Source: Botryllus schlosseri
Taxonomy: Eukaryota
Direction: 5' to 3'
DNA length: 60,000 bases
Assembly (NCBI GenBank): GCA_051294905.1
Contig: CM119372.1
Span: 23,314,001 to 23,374,000, forward strand
The translations under genes and the position numbers were made by a program. Positions 38,626 to 51,395 of this stretch are shown piece by piece. Within the stretch, counting starts at the first letter, position 1; every line of letters starts with the position of its first letter. A model generated the notes under the pieces. The model did no database searches. It saw only the letters and a list, made by a program, of their open reading frames with translations, and had not been told where the DNA came from.

Positions 38626-39900
38626 CACTGGTCAACACAATTTTTGGTGACTTTGATCAGACAATTCATTCTGACTAAATTTTGGACACTGAATTCAAAA
38701 ATGACTTACGTTTTTCTCCATCACGTCAAGTTTATGGGTTAGGCACCCACCAAATCGTCTCATAACCAACATAATGGAACTACTTTTAATATTTTGTGTT
38801 TATTATATAAAACGTTTCAAAAACCACAAGCAGTCGAAAGTAAATCAATAGACTTCAAATAAACATTTGCACTGCTTTAGTTGGTTGATTTAAACTGAAA
38901 TTGCTTCCACAGGACTAATAAAGTGCGAGTGTCGGGGTTCAAATTTACGCTAATAACCCATAATTCTGTAGGTTGTCTAGTTCGATATTTGAGCAATAGT
39001 CAGCTAACACATGTAACCCCCAATCTATTCTGGTATCTTACCCCCTTCATCTTCAGATGTTGGGGAACATTTTCTCCTTGCCCATCTCTGACTATGTCAA
39101 GGCTGTCCGACATAAACATATGGCAGTGGCACATGTGTATCAGGGTTAGCCTACATGTGCAATTGTGCAATGTGCATCCTTATTGTCTGACCGTGAGCAC
39201 TAAGAAAACACAATATTTTAAAGCTGACACATATGATCCAATCGTGCTCGTGATATTGCAACAATTTATTGCTTCTGTATTATTCTCAATGTTTTTTTAA
39301 TATTCATGAAGACTATCTGTGTATGCAAATTTTAGTGCACCTAAGATGTTGCCATTTTGGAGAATGCCACACTTAAGGATCATTTTTGAGCTACTTATAG
39401 GCATTTGTCATTCACTTGAGTTATAAATCGGGATTCCTAACTCCTCCAGGAATCGATGGTAGCAGCATCATGCCAATGCCAGCATCACGGAAGTACACAA
39501 AGCTACCGAAAGTAGGCCTACGAAGAAAAGACCGTTTCTCCTGATCGAAAGTAAAATACCTTCTTTACCTTGCCAAGTAATCTTTTCTCACTTCGTATGG
39601 ATGTTAAAAATTCCGAAGATTTCTATTCCAAGTCCCAAAGCTTATGTCAGATCAATAATTTGCATTGATCGTCTACTCTACGTTCTGAATCATCTTCGAT
39701 TTCAAAATCTTCATCATTAGGCCTGCTATACCTAAGATCTTCATCTTGATCCGAATTATCGAGCTTACAGGAGTTTCAAGTTACACTGGATAAGCTGAAT
39801 TGGGCATTGGACCTATAGCTGATAGTAGATGTAATGTTTATTTTTCTTGCCATACCCTGCAGTTTGTGTCTGAAATATCCTCGGATGATTGCATCCTCTA
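38626..39900 (-). mobile_element. Second decayed Chapaev3-like fragment
   Basis: Terminus CACTGGTCAACAC...GAATTCAAAAATGAC...TTTTTCTCCATCACGTCAAG; degenerate transposase words (G.KNKH...SAIGPMPNS) on the minus strand near 39790-39860. Confidence 0.55.
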
Positions 39901-39959
39901 AGCATAAATGGCTGAAAGCATCGGCCTAGACTAGATCGATACCAATACCTTTTTCTCAA

Positions 39960-41050
39960 TAATTCAATTGAGCCCATGGCTACATAACTTATTATATGGT
40001 AAAAGCGTGGATTTTTATATGGTATGAAAGAGTAGTATGACTCCGATAATATCTTCTACTGATATAGACTATGCTTGAATTAGCATTATGACATCAAGTC
40101 ATGCCATACGTTCGCGTTCACGGCGATCCTGTTATAAATGCACAATTGCTCAATGCTCAAGTTCACACGAACCATAGCCTTTTAGGGGTCATAACTATCG
40201 CAAAGATTTGCTATTTCCGATCGAAAGCGTAACATCATCCTTTGGTTATTGTTGAATCCCAATTACTGACCGAACAGGTACTTCGTACGATAGGCGATGT
40301 GAAGTCATTTAAATACTATTAATCTCATCATTGAACTACTTAATGGTTTGTTCTGATCAGCATAATATTGATCCTTCCTATAGCGAAATGGATGAGCGAG
40401 TAATACACAAACCTCGGATTGCTGCCTGCCCAAGACATCGACAAATTAACTAAGCGAGTAATTGTCTTTGTCAGAATTTCACCAACTTCCACCTGTTCAC
40501 GATAACGTATACGGTGGTTGTACAAGCCTCTGTAAAAGTGATCAGATCTCGCCTCTCATATTTTGATTTCACTTACAAGCGACCTAACAACTCATACTAC
40601 CGCAAACTTTTACCTTCGGTCTCTTGCCCATTTTATTTAATTATTTCCTGTATCTTCTCATTCAATGTGAATGGTATTACTGAGCACACGTTCCTTTTCA
40701 CCTTCGTTTATCTTATTCTAATTGCAGATGATGTGGAATTTTGATACAACCATTTACGCCAAATGGTCACCAATTGTTCCTATTGGTCATTGCGTCGCTA
40801 CCTTTGCAATGACAAAGATGCGGTTTATGTTGAAACTCAATTTCTATGGTGTTCCATTAAGTGCAATAAGGCGACAATATCAATATATCACTATCAATTT
40901 TTCCATCGCAACTTTAGCAAACTTTAAACAGGGCGTCACAAGCCACGGGTCAACCAAGTTATAGCGTGAAATCCTGGGTTTCAAGAATGTTATATGTTCC
41001 CGTTGTTTGCTTGTTTGTTGTTTGCTGCTGATTGCAACAATAATAACACG
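39960..41050 (-). mobile_element. Possible highly decayed non-LTR retrotransposon fragment
   Basis: Only scattered degenerate words resembling RLE-type LINE motifs (TGRKW-like, GR.GLG-like, WRHD-like); no open frame. Confidence 0.3.
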
Positions 41051-41439
41051 ATATTATCTTGAATTGATGAAAACGCAGACACTCTGAACACGCTTATGTC
41101 ATGAAGCCAACACTAACAGGGTAGTCTCGTTATTTTGGCAGATTTTGTACAGGTATATATGCGGTTATTCATAAGATTTAATGCATGTGGTGCTGATGAT
41201 TGCCTAAAAAGGTTTCTTTTTTACTGGGTCGAGTAAGGGGAATTCAAGCAGCGGGGGGTGGCGGAGGAGGCTCCTCAAACCCTGCATCACTCAGCGGCTC
41301 ATCTTCACCTTTGATCGCATCAGTCAAAATCTGTTGTGATTCTGCAATGGAATCATATGAAATTTAGCGTTAACATGAGCTTACATGGTTATAGTTCGCG
41401 TGTGTGAATTGTTAATTAAGTATGGATCATATATATATA

Positions 41440-41483
41440 TGTATTGTATATGTTTGTATGTGTGTATGTGTGTGTGTGTGTGC

Positions 41484-41553
<70 letters not shown>

Positions 41554-41593
41554 GCGTGTGTGTGTGTGTGTGTGCGTGTGTGTGTGTGTGTGT
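41440..41593. repeat. (TG)n microsatellite
   Basis: ~150 bp of imperfect TG dinucleotide repeat. Confidence 0.98.
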
Positions 41594-41917
41594 AAACAGT
41601 TGAATAGAAGTCATTCGAGTTCAACACACATTCGCTTCATTCTGTCATAGAACACAAAATAGGATCGAGCAAGATTCAGTTTTTATGGTGTTCGACATCT
41701 AAATACATATTCAGACAGAGAGTGAGATCTCCAGACCAATCATATTGCAGTCACACGTCAATGGTGACGTTTCAGAGATTGTGAAATCACCATATCTAAA
41801 TTTGCATGTAATTGTAAATATATGTCGCGACTATGCCTGATATTGCAGCAGATTGACGGATTTACTGTGCCTGAAGTACAATGGTAGCTAACCAAATACT
41901 AAAGGTTGAGTTGTTTC

Positions 41918-44461
41918 CAGGGCTTCGGAGCCGGAGCCGGAGCCCCGGAGCCGTGCATTTTTACCGGAGCTGGAGCCGGAGCCGGAGCTCTACATAAAAT
42001 TCAGCCGGAGCCGGAGCCGGAGCTGGAGCCAGTTATTTGAGGGGTAGCTCCGGCTCCGACGTGTTTCATTAGATGCTATTATATATGCAACAACCATATC
42101 TGCTGGGTTCACATAATTCAACAGCAGGCCTTCGCGCGAAATTAAGAATCTTTTCTTTTTTGGCGCTACCTTTTCCGACTAACCATGTTCCTGGGGATTT
42201 AGCAGCAGAGCAGTCATATGTTCAATTTTCATACATAAGTGCCGAACCTCGGTATGCGAAATATGTCTATGAATATTGTGGGTATTCGGCATACCCGCAA
42301 TTTCATCGTCAGCGCAACCTTGTTGGCCAATTGTACGGTTCGGAAATAATGATTGCTATGTATTACGCGAAATGGGAGAGAGGATAAAAACGTGATTTCG
42401 TTGCACATGTCGATATGATGAGCACGAGCCCAGAAATTCCATCTCTTCGTTGCTATGAATCGAATGAGCAAATACTCGTTCTTTCGTGATAGTTCTTTAA
42501 TCGGGCCGCGAAATTGGACAGTGTTATTGAGTATGCAATTATGCATGCGGATTGGAATTCATTACTGCGCATGATCGTCATTCACTCCAGTAAGGATTTT
42601 GGAGCGTGAATAGGGGACGGCAGAAGAGTAGGCCAAAACGCAGTTACATTCAGCAAACAATTGTCGCGGTGCGTGCTACTCAATGCGATGTCATGGTACT
42701 TTATGTTGGAGACAAATTACTGATTTGATACGCTATTTCCAATTTGTAATCATCTGTTTCGTAAATTCATTCTTGATGTCTGCTTGATACTCTAGTATTC
42801 CCGGATTATCGCGCACTGTGACTTGTAAATGTGCAATGTGCATACTGCATAGTTTAATTCGTTATGGGCATGGCGCAATGTGCATGGCACAGTGTTTAAT
42901 TCGATTATTCGCTTCGTTTCAACGGGAAAATATTATATTCCGATAAACTTGATCGACACCGGATGGACCGGTAACGAGTGCACCAATATCGAACATCAAG
43001 CCATTGGCCATTTGGTAAAAATCGAATTTCTGTTGATCAGGTCGTGATGTCCGCCCATATTGCTCTTACTACAGTTACAGTTGAATATTAATCGCTTATT
43101 TAAAGATTGAATTGAGCTGTATGGCTGAATGTTAAGGAGTACAGTGCCAGTGTGAAAACGCCGCATCAGAATATTCATACTGTACAGTGTACACCGCAAT
43201 CGCATTGAGTAAAGTGCGTTCTCGTTCTATAGTGCAACTATGATGTTATCGACAATTGACAAGTATTCATTATGACGTCACAAGCCGACACGGGTAAATT
43301 ACCTACGGGTAAATTAGTAATCCATATACACCAGGAGTGGCCAACCTTTTTGGCTAAAGGGCCACATGAAATTGACGAACGAATGCGCTGCCCACTAACT
43401 GCGCCAAGCGCGTAAAATTTTCAAAGTTAATATTTTTATTACTCTGGTATATTTCGGGTCGACTGTATACCGCCCGCTGGGCTCAGTTTGCAAGGACTGA
43501 ACTATTCAGCATCTGGACATATCGATATCGAAGATTTCCGCTAATATACGACAATCATTTTGTGCCTACATTTGATCGTCCACGATCTTTCTGCGAGCGC
43601 AAACGCGAATATACTTTCTCTCGTAATTGCGAATATATATAGTTAGACTCAATCGGCTAAATCAGGCGTTTTTTTCATTTTCAGGAGGGGGTAGGCTACA
43701 AAGCAAGAAAACGTATGACAATTAAACACGCGAAGAGTGAAGAAAAATTTTATTACACTTTTAGTTTATTGTGATGTACGACGATTTACTAAAAATGTGA
43801 CTGGACCCTGGATCTGTCAATGCGTCGGAACTGATATTTTAGTCATCAACATCCCAAGTGTCGCGGCCAGACAAATCATATTTTTGTTTGGCCTTGCAAG
43901 TTCACAATCTGAGCAATTCAATTTCGATAATATAACAGGATCTCGATAATATAATGGGAAATTAGCTCGCGGGCTACTCAAAACCTTCTTGCTGGCCACA
44001 TATGGCCCGCAGGCCGTGGGTTGCCCACCCTTGATATAGACAGACACCCAGAGGTGGTCAGTAACGAAGTACTTCTACTTTTTGAAGTACTTGAAGTAGA
44101 TTTTGCTTACTCAAACTACTTTTTAAGTAGTTATGATCTTAAACTACTTCTACTTCTACTTTACAGTTTTCCGTTTTGTAGGCAAAAATAAGCGTAGAAT
44201 ATCTACTTACTTACTTACTTGTGAACCCCCACTCCTACTTCTACTTGAGTAGAAATTTCAGCGTTACTTCTACTTCTACTTGAGTAGCGGCGGTGACTAC
44301 TTTGACCACCTCTGCAGACACCTTCCATAGTTTTCAGAGCCGGAGCCGGAGCAGTGGTAATAATGCGGCTCCGGAGCTGGAGCCGGGGCTAATGTATGAT
44401 AGAAGAAAGCTCCGGAGCCGGAGCTGGAGCAATGCAAATTTACTGCTGCTCCAGAGCCCTG
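41918..44461. mobile_element. hAT-type non-autonomous element with CAGGGCT termini and (GGAGCC)n subterminal arrays, with nested MITEs
   Basis: TSD GTTGTTTC/GTTGTATC (7/8); nested elements at 43332-44033 and 44049-44314; inverted partial copy from 54485. Confidence 0.8.
44049..44314 (+). mobile_element. 266-bp MITE (CAGAGGTGGTCA termini)
   Basis: Perfect 8-bp TSD CAGACACC; close copy at 46269-46534. Confidence 0.9.
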
Positions 44462-44806
44462 GTTGTATCAGTATAACTTGACCTGTGCCCGCTGCTGCCC
44501 TGGTAGTGAATTCTCAATCCACAAATACACTCAATACAGTTATTCAGATACGTCATTGTCGTAGGTAGCGTAAAAGAGTCGCATATCTTAGAACCTTGGA
44601 AACCAGTTTATAAACTCAGGGTACATCATGCAATAATGAGAGAATATCGAAGTATGAAGTACGTTACCATGATATGGTGAGTAGTAGGCCGATCATGTGT
44701 ATCAGATATATTGCGTTAATGGGACCAGGAGTCCGACACAATATGAAGCTACGATTGATTGCCATCTTCTAATGTCCAAACATCTAAAACTTCGTAATGA
44801 ACCTAC

Positions 44807-44956
44807 TTTTTCGGCAGAAATCTGAAAAATCCCAATGCACGAAAGGATGGTAATCGGTCTGCGTTTTCAGTATTTCCCCGGTTAATGGATGGATGCAATG
44901 GCAGTTGGATAGAGAATCACATTTCATCTGTTCATAATGTCCATCCCTACCACAAT
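44807..44956 (-). CDS. Gene B exon 6: thyroglobulin type-1 domain, C-terminal part
   Basis: (Y)CGRDGHYEQMKCDSLSNCHCIHPLTGEILKTQTDYHPFVHWDFSDFCRK; tttccag acceptor. Confidence 0.87.
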
Positions 44957-47900
44957 CTGGAAAGTGTAACAATTACTCCATGAGATAATCCGCGTAATGT
45001 ATAAGGAATAAGTTTATAACTAAAGTTTGCCACATCCCTACTCGGATTGAAAAGTATGTAAGTCGGTATATATAAGCACATCCAAAAACCATTGAATTAT
45101 AGAAAAATAAGATATAAAGTCCTAGTTGAATCAGTTGATGTGATGAAAGAATAATTCGTTTTTCAAAATTATGGTTTTTGATCAATTCCAAATTGGATAG
45201 AACATTTCCGAATTCAGAATAAAAATATATTGTCATAGATAACTGCAATGGCGTGTTGATTTTCAATTAATTCCAATATTTAGAAGACAATTCATCCTTT
45301 TCCTCATAGGTCTCCATAAAAGGCAGTCTACAGTAAGGATCCAATATTGTCACGAACCACGTGAAGGCATTTCTTATTTCAACCAGAATACATAATTGGG
45401 TGATAGAGCCACATACTTCGATTTAGAAATGATGCTGATATTTTGTAACGAAAAACACCGTTAAACTTACTGTCATAAATTTCAAGTATAATTCTTCCAT
45501 TGATAGAAAATCGTATCGAAAATGGTTCCTTGAAACGCGTTACTTACACGGGCGGTCCATGTACCTAACATCTGATCCATTACTTCCCGAATTCTCCAAA
45601 ACTGCTGCCAACGCCATCATGCACGGTGTGTCCGAAGGAGGCGGGGGCGGAGCTGGTCTCCGCGGCAACTTTACAGCGCTGAATTTGATGGTAAAATTGT
45701 CAAATAGCAAAAAATATGTATTGCTTATTGACCCACTTCTCGACATCAGAGTTTCAGAAATACAATGTATTGTAAACGTGTGAATGGTTATAATTTCGGT
45801 TTAATATCTCTCGCATCTGAGGAATCCAGATGTTACATTTTTGTTACATCTTTTGTCTACGGAAGTCTGAGCCTCTGCGGCTAAAATGCAAATTCGGTAT
45901 CGTCGTCTAAAAAGCAAAGTCAAACAGGCCTATAGATGCGGTATCAAATGACGATTGGCTTATCCACAGAAAATTGCATTTACAGCTATAAGATGCTACG
46001 TCAATACAAATTAGCCAGCTCTGCCTAAATGACGCGATTTAGGGAAGTCCTTTGAAAGATTTCGCGAGGGCAACGTTGCAATGAAACTCAAGATGTTATT
46101 CTGACTTTGCTCCACTTTGAAAATGATCTCAGGGCAGGCATGGGCAATGTCAACACTTGATAATACTGGGATACAGGACAATAGGTGACTAATGACTGTA
46201 ATAGCTATACGTCGTTGCCTTGTCATACACAACCCCTGGAAATATCCCTTTCAATTCTTATCAGTAACCAGAGGTGGTCAGTAACGAAGTTCTTCTACTT
46301 TTTGAAGTACTTGAAGTAGATTTTGCCTACTCAAACTACTTTTTAAGTAGTTCTGATTTTAGACTACTTCTACTTCTACTTGACAGTTTTCAGTTTTCTA
46401 GGCAAAAATAAGCGTAGAATGCCTACTTACTTACTTACTTCTGAACAACCACTCCTACTTCTACTTGAGTAGAAATTCCGGCGTTACTTCTACTTCTACT
46501 TGAGTAGCCACGGTGACTACTTTGACCACCTCTGTCAGTAACTCATTTAAACCTGCATTGGTTTTCAAGAGTTGACAAATCTTAAGTACCAAGTTGAGTT
46601 GATCTTTTCCTCGTCGGAGTCGTCGAGACAATCAGCGAAATCATCACATAGCTGCGTAAATGATAAACAAGCTGCGCCGTGAATTGCCTCGCAAGAATAT
46701 GTGTATTCGTCGCAATCTGAAGAATATGTACATGGGATCACTCATGTTGGCCTCGAAACGGATGATATTACCCCTAACCCAGACAGTTCATATCCGTAAC
46801 AACTCGTTCTAATGCTGAATCGACGACAAGAAGCACAGTAAATAAAAGCATATAGTGATGCTGACAATGGCGGTCCAATTCTAATATTACCAAGACGCTT
46901 GGAATTGTATGGATTGGATGGCAAGGAAAGTCTTCTGTAATTTGCGAAGATGCGGCGGGCGTCGATGGCGTCGAAAGAAATTGAACATGTAATACAATCA
47001 ATAAGCAGGGATATCTAGTTCTAGATATCCCTGTCAATAAGTGCAGTGGCGTAGCAGCCACTTGGCGGTTCTGGCTCTGCGCCAGGGGCGGCAGGCTCCA
47101 AGGGGGCAGCAAAATGAGGCTGCACAGTGAGACAGAGAGATATGGTATTCTTTTTCGCCTGCACCATCGAGATGCTTTGACGACGGAGATGCAATACGCA
47201 GGACCGTAACTGCCGCACCCCAAACCCCCCAATTGGAGGGGCGAGCTCGAAGGGGGCCCAAAATTATTTCGTGAATTAGCATTTTGAAAAAAATTTCGCG
47301 TTACGTGCGATTTCAAGGTGCCAAATATAATGATTATTTGGTACTCTTCCCCCAAGAAAAGAGCACGCAATATTTTTAGACATGGACATATCGGCGTTGG
47401 CCAATACCGCGACACGACGCACCAAGACATATAACGATTTAGGACATATTACATGCGACTCCAAGAAGTGTGCTAGAACTATCGCCATAGCGTAAAAACC
47501 TTGACCGAAAAGGACTGCCCTTACGGTTACGCTGACCGAAAACTGCATCATATATACAAAGTACATATAGCTTTAATTGTCCTCAGCCTAGGCGCCTAAA
47601 TGACTGGCGCCGAATGTTCCTGTCTTGGCAATCTGAACCTCAAAAGACTAATTCCATCCCGCAGGGAAAAAATATACGCCAGTGAAGAAAAACCAATTTG
47701 AAATCGTGTGCGTCTTTTAGTTAAATACGTTTGCCGATTCTATATTTTTTGATGTAGCAGACAGGAGGTCACGAAATAACATCATGTAACGAAGTCGTAC
47801 CAACGGGTCCGCCCGCCGAAGATGTTTAATTATTATTTACCGGCCCTACAGTTTCCAAGACACCTCACCCAGCTCTACCGGTAAATCTGATAAAGTGAGC

Positions 47901-50451
47901 AGAGAGGACAAGAAAATGATAGCAATATATGCAATTCCCGATCTTATTGACCGATTTTATCATTATCTATGTAAAATTTTTGCGCTTAGCGCTGGCTCAC
48001 TAAACAGCACGGCTAATTTCGTGGAAAAAGCGATCAACACGATGGTGGGGTGAGGTGGGGTGGGGTTTATCACCCTATGGGAGCCTAAGACCCAAGTTTT
48101 TATGGGGCCTGACGAAGTGCTGTTTCGTTCCTGTCAACGGGTATGCGCCCGAAGATGTTTAATTATTATTGAGGGGTCCTACCTTTTCAAATAGGGGAGA
48201 TGTGGTACCGATGGATCACTGGGACCGAAAATACTTTGAAAATTCTCTATGATAATTCCATGATTACACTCCGTGAACTTGTCTACAATTGCATGCTAGC
48301 AACATCTTTCCTCACATACAAAAAAATTCGACGTGCGCGAACTATGGGGTCTCTTACAGATGTTTTTTGTTTTAGGGGGTGTAAACTAAATTTAGATCGA
48401 CATATACATTTTTCTTTGTAACCTCCAACACGAACAAACCAGCAATCATTTTTATTGTGAAGTCTAGGGCTTGTATCAGGCTATATAATGGAAACTATTA
48501 TTTTTTTCAGTACTTTCCTTGAGTGGAATTTTTTTCGAATCATGTACAAAATTAGTAGGGTGGGGACCGATGATACAATAGCCAAATCAAGCAGAATAAT
48601 CAAGCATACTAATCATGAAACAAATGAAACATGACTACGTACAGAAAATCTTTATGTAATAATTGCATATGATGTTTTATCGCTATAACGAGGTCTTTGG
48701 AAGTCACACTGTCGATTTTCGGGCAATATGTATGTAGCCTCAAATTTAAAAGTCTGAGCCTGAATCAAAACGTGATTTTATGACAACATTTGAGTCAATA
48801 TTTAATCTATTTTTGGACGGTTGCGACTGAAAATTCTTCTTTGGCTTGCTGTAGCTTAGATTATAATACTGAGCAAGAAAAGTTGTCACATCTGCGTTTT
48901 TTAGGGTATATGTGTCATAGGTCCCCGGGTCGTGGGCCATTGGACCCACCGGGTGGGGACCGATGACACGTTCGAGCAACAAATTTTAAACGTCTATAAA
49001 TATTTTTTGAAAAGACGGATATTCATGTATATGTGCGCAATAGGTAGAGCTTGTATCAAAGTGCTGAGCCAGCAAAAGATCTGCTGTTTTCGGCTGAACA
49101 TTTTGGGGCCAGCGATCATTTTCCAATTTTTGATCCATCGGTACCACATCTCCCCTACATCTCACTCAGCTCTACCGGTAAATCTGAGTACTTCAGCAGA
49201 AGGGGATGAAAATTGATAGAAATATATATGCAATCCCCGATGATACTGACCGATTCAATCATGAATTCTTTAAATTTTTCGCGCTTGGCGCGTCTAGGCG
49301 AGTGTGGATACAGTGGTTAGTTAATGCAAAGCTACTTGATTCGACACCATATTCATGCTCGTGTCTGAAACTTTATCTGGCCATTGGTGTTTCAATTGCG
49401 AGGTGTGTGAGGAGCTTCTCAAAGCTTAAACTGATTAAATCTTATTTACGTTCTACCAGGAATGATGATCGGCTATCCGCTCTATGCCTTCTGTCTATAT
49501 GGAAAGAGACTACTTTCAAAAACTTGAATTTGGGGATATTATCGCTGATTTTGCTTTGAGGCGGCAATTGATTTTCTATTTTCACAATACATTCGTTCGC
49601 TATTTCTTGTCTTTATTATTTTTGGCCTTATTAACGTTGAGGCGGCGAGGCTGAGACGCGGCATATTATTTGTAATTATTTTTATTGACAAGATTGTTTG
49701 AACATGAATATATGTCGAAATTTGTTGCGGTCTAGCTAGGGGGGCGGCATTTTAAGCGAGAGCCAGGGGAGGCAGCACATGCTGCTACGCCAGTGAATAA
49801 GTGTCCTTACCGGTAAATACATCGACTGTTTTGATTAGTCGACGTCTTCTCAGCCGATAAACCGATAATTCATGGAGGGTCCCAGCATTCAAGACGGGTC
49901 CCGTATCGATATAATAGTAACCATCGCTGGCTCTGTCTCTCTTTCGTTTCAGCGTTTCAGCGTAGGGGGACCTTGCGTCCGCCAAATACTGCAGATATAG
50001 TCCGTCAATTGAATGATGTATGGCTACTTCGTAAATTTTGTAATTATTCCCACCTTAACGCTCACGCTGACGGAGTATTTCCAGACATGTCGCAGCTGCC
50101 GAAAGCGAGCTTGAATAGATGTGCTGTTCTTCTGTAAGAAATCAGGAACCGTAATCAATGGTTCGAAATCATCCACAACGACGTAGGCTATATACCGGTA
50201 TCCAAGTATCGATATATATTTGTCGAATTAATTGATATTTTTAATCTTCCATGCCTGCGTGAAACCTTGAAGTCACGCAAATGCTGAGTAGAATGTGCCA
50301 GTGTGCCACGTTTCACTATTATCTAAATTGCGAAATCTCTCACCGATATAATTTCAATCTCGAATTTCTTCTCGCTGAGCCAGGGTCTTTTTGAGGCCGC
50401 TGTAATAGCGGCAAATACGCAGCAAACGGCAACGAAACGTAGCGTAACCAT
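44807..50451 (-). CDS. Gene B (spliced): paralogue of gene A, secreted FN3-like / LDLa / Pro-rich / thyroglobulin type-1 protein; 3' end unresolved (read-through stop at 44784)
   Basis: Exons 50344-50451, 50054-50131, 49811-49988, 46590-46716, 45548-45678, 44807-44956; GT-AG introns; in frame for ~257 aa. Confidence 0.87.
45548..45678 (-). CDS. Gene B exon 5: Pro-rich linker and start of thyroglobulin domain
   Basis: AVKLPRRPAPPPPPSDTPCMMALAAVLENSGSNGSDVRYMDRP; ttcag acceptor, gtaagt donor. Confidence 0.87.
46269..46534 (+). mobile_element. 266-bp MITE (CAGAGGTGGTCA termini), intronic
   Basis: Perfect 8-bp TSD TCAGTAAC. Confidence 0.9.
46590..46716 (-). CDS. Gene B exon 4: LDL-receptor class A repeat
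   Basis: DCDEYTYSCEAIHGAACLSFTQLCDDFADCLDDSDEEKINST(C). Confidence 0.9.
47044..49795 (+). mobile_element. Decayed hAT transposon in intron 3 of gene B
   Basis: TIRs CAGTGGCGTAGCAGC / GCTGCTACGCCAGTG; perfect TSD AATAAGTG; hAT C-terminal dimerisation motif (RSFSKLKLIKSYLRST...RLSAL) at ~49380-49500. Confidence 0.88.
48194..49155. mobile_element. Tc1/mariner-pogo-type non-autonomous element nested in the hAT
   Basis: TIRs GGGGAGATGTGGTACCGATGGATCA / TGATCCATCGGTACCACATCTCCCC flanked by TA on both sides. Confidence 0.8.
49811..49988 (-). CDS. Gene B exon 3: FN3-like domain, C-terminal half
   Basis: YLADARSPYAETLKRKRDRASDGYYYIDTGPVLNAGTLHELSVYRLRRRRLIKTVDVFT; ctgcag acceptor, gtaagg donor. Confidence 0.87.
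50054..50131 (-). CDS. Gene B exon 2
   Basis: KNSTSIQARFRQLRHVWKYSVSVSVK; ttacag acceptor, gtggga donor. Confidence 0.85.
50344..50451 (-). CDS. Gene B exon 1: start codon and signal peptide
   Basis: gccATGG context; MVTLRFVAVCCVFAAITAASKRPWLSEKKFEIEIIS; gtgaga donor. Confidence 0.85.
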
Positions 50452-50638
50452 GGCAATATTATCTTATTGAAATAAATGTACAAAATTAATGATCATTTTT
50501 CTGATTTGCTATAGCTGAGTCATATATTAGTTGCGGATTAGCGCGTCCTAGAAAACATTTTGAATCCAAAACTGTCAACAAAATAAGAATTTAAGGGTAA
50601 TTCTATTGTATATGAGTTTTGCTTAATAATCTATAGAG

Positions 50639-51387
50639 CAGAGGTCTCAAACACGCGGCCCGCGAGAACATTTTGTGCGGCCCGCAACGACATTTTCGAT
50701 TTTCAAGTATTTGACAATATATTCAATTGCGGCATATCTTTTTTAGATTTGAGAACTTCAAGTTGACTCTAAAACTACTCCTGAAACATGAAATCACAAG
50801 GGGCACGGTCGCAATAAACACTGCTATTACTATGACACAATAATTATCAGAAGTTGTTATTGATCTGTTCCAATCGAAGGCAAACCTAACGCTGATTTAC
50901 TTTGACTTTGGAAATGACAGGAACAAAACCCTACTTATCAGGACTATAATACCATAGATCCAGATTAGGCAACACTGCTCAAATGCTCCGATGTCAGATC
51001 AATCTTTGATAAATTCTAAAATATCCTACCTTCAATTGTGGCACGTCACATGTCCACTTAGCTGCAATATTAAAACGCGACAGATTTTACGTTGTCATGA
51101 TGCATTTGTTCTCTCGCATGGTATCTACAACTCACTATTTTGACAAATTGTGCCCAGCATAAAAATAATTTTATTCAAATATTTGAAAATGTGATTTTTT
51201 TCGTGCCAAGCATGAATATGGTAACGGTAAATTACACTACACGATGTTTCTGGAATGGGATTCTGCAAGGTCCCTTTAAATAAGGCCTATTTGGAAATTT
51301 AAACCCCTATTATTGATGCTATGCGGGCCACGGCGTAAGCAAAACTAGTAAATTGGCCCACAAGCACATTTGAGTTTGAGACCTATG
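50639..51387. mobile_element. hAT-type MITE, same family as 20896-22383
   Basis: CAGAGGTCTCAAACACGCGGCCCGCG start; TSD CTATAGAG/CTCTAGAG (7/8). Confidence 0.8.
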
Positions 51388-51395
51388 CTCTAGAG

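Noticed and set aside
41381..41650. His/Thr- or Cys/Val-rich ORFs in the track
   Set aside because: Translations of the (TG)n microsatellite
49835..49955. Multibasic sites (KRKRDR, RLRRRR) as conserved prohormone-convertase sites
   Set aside because: They lie within the FN3-like fold, and the R-X-R-R site is absent from paralogue A
27159..50451. Genes A and B as two repeats of a single long gene
   Set aside because: Each module begins with its own ATG and signal-peptide exon
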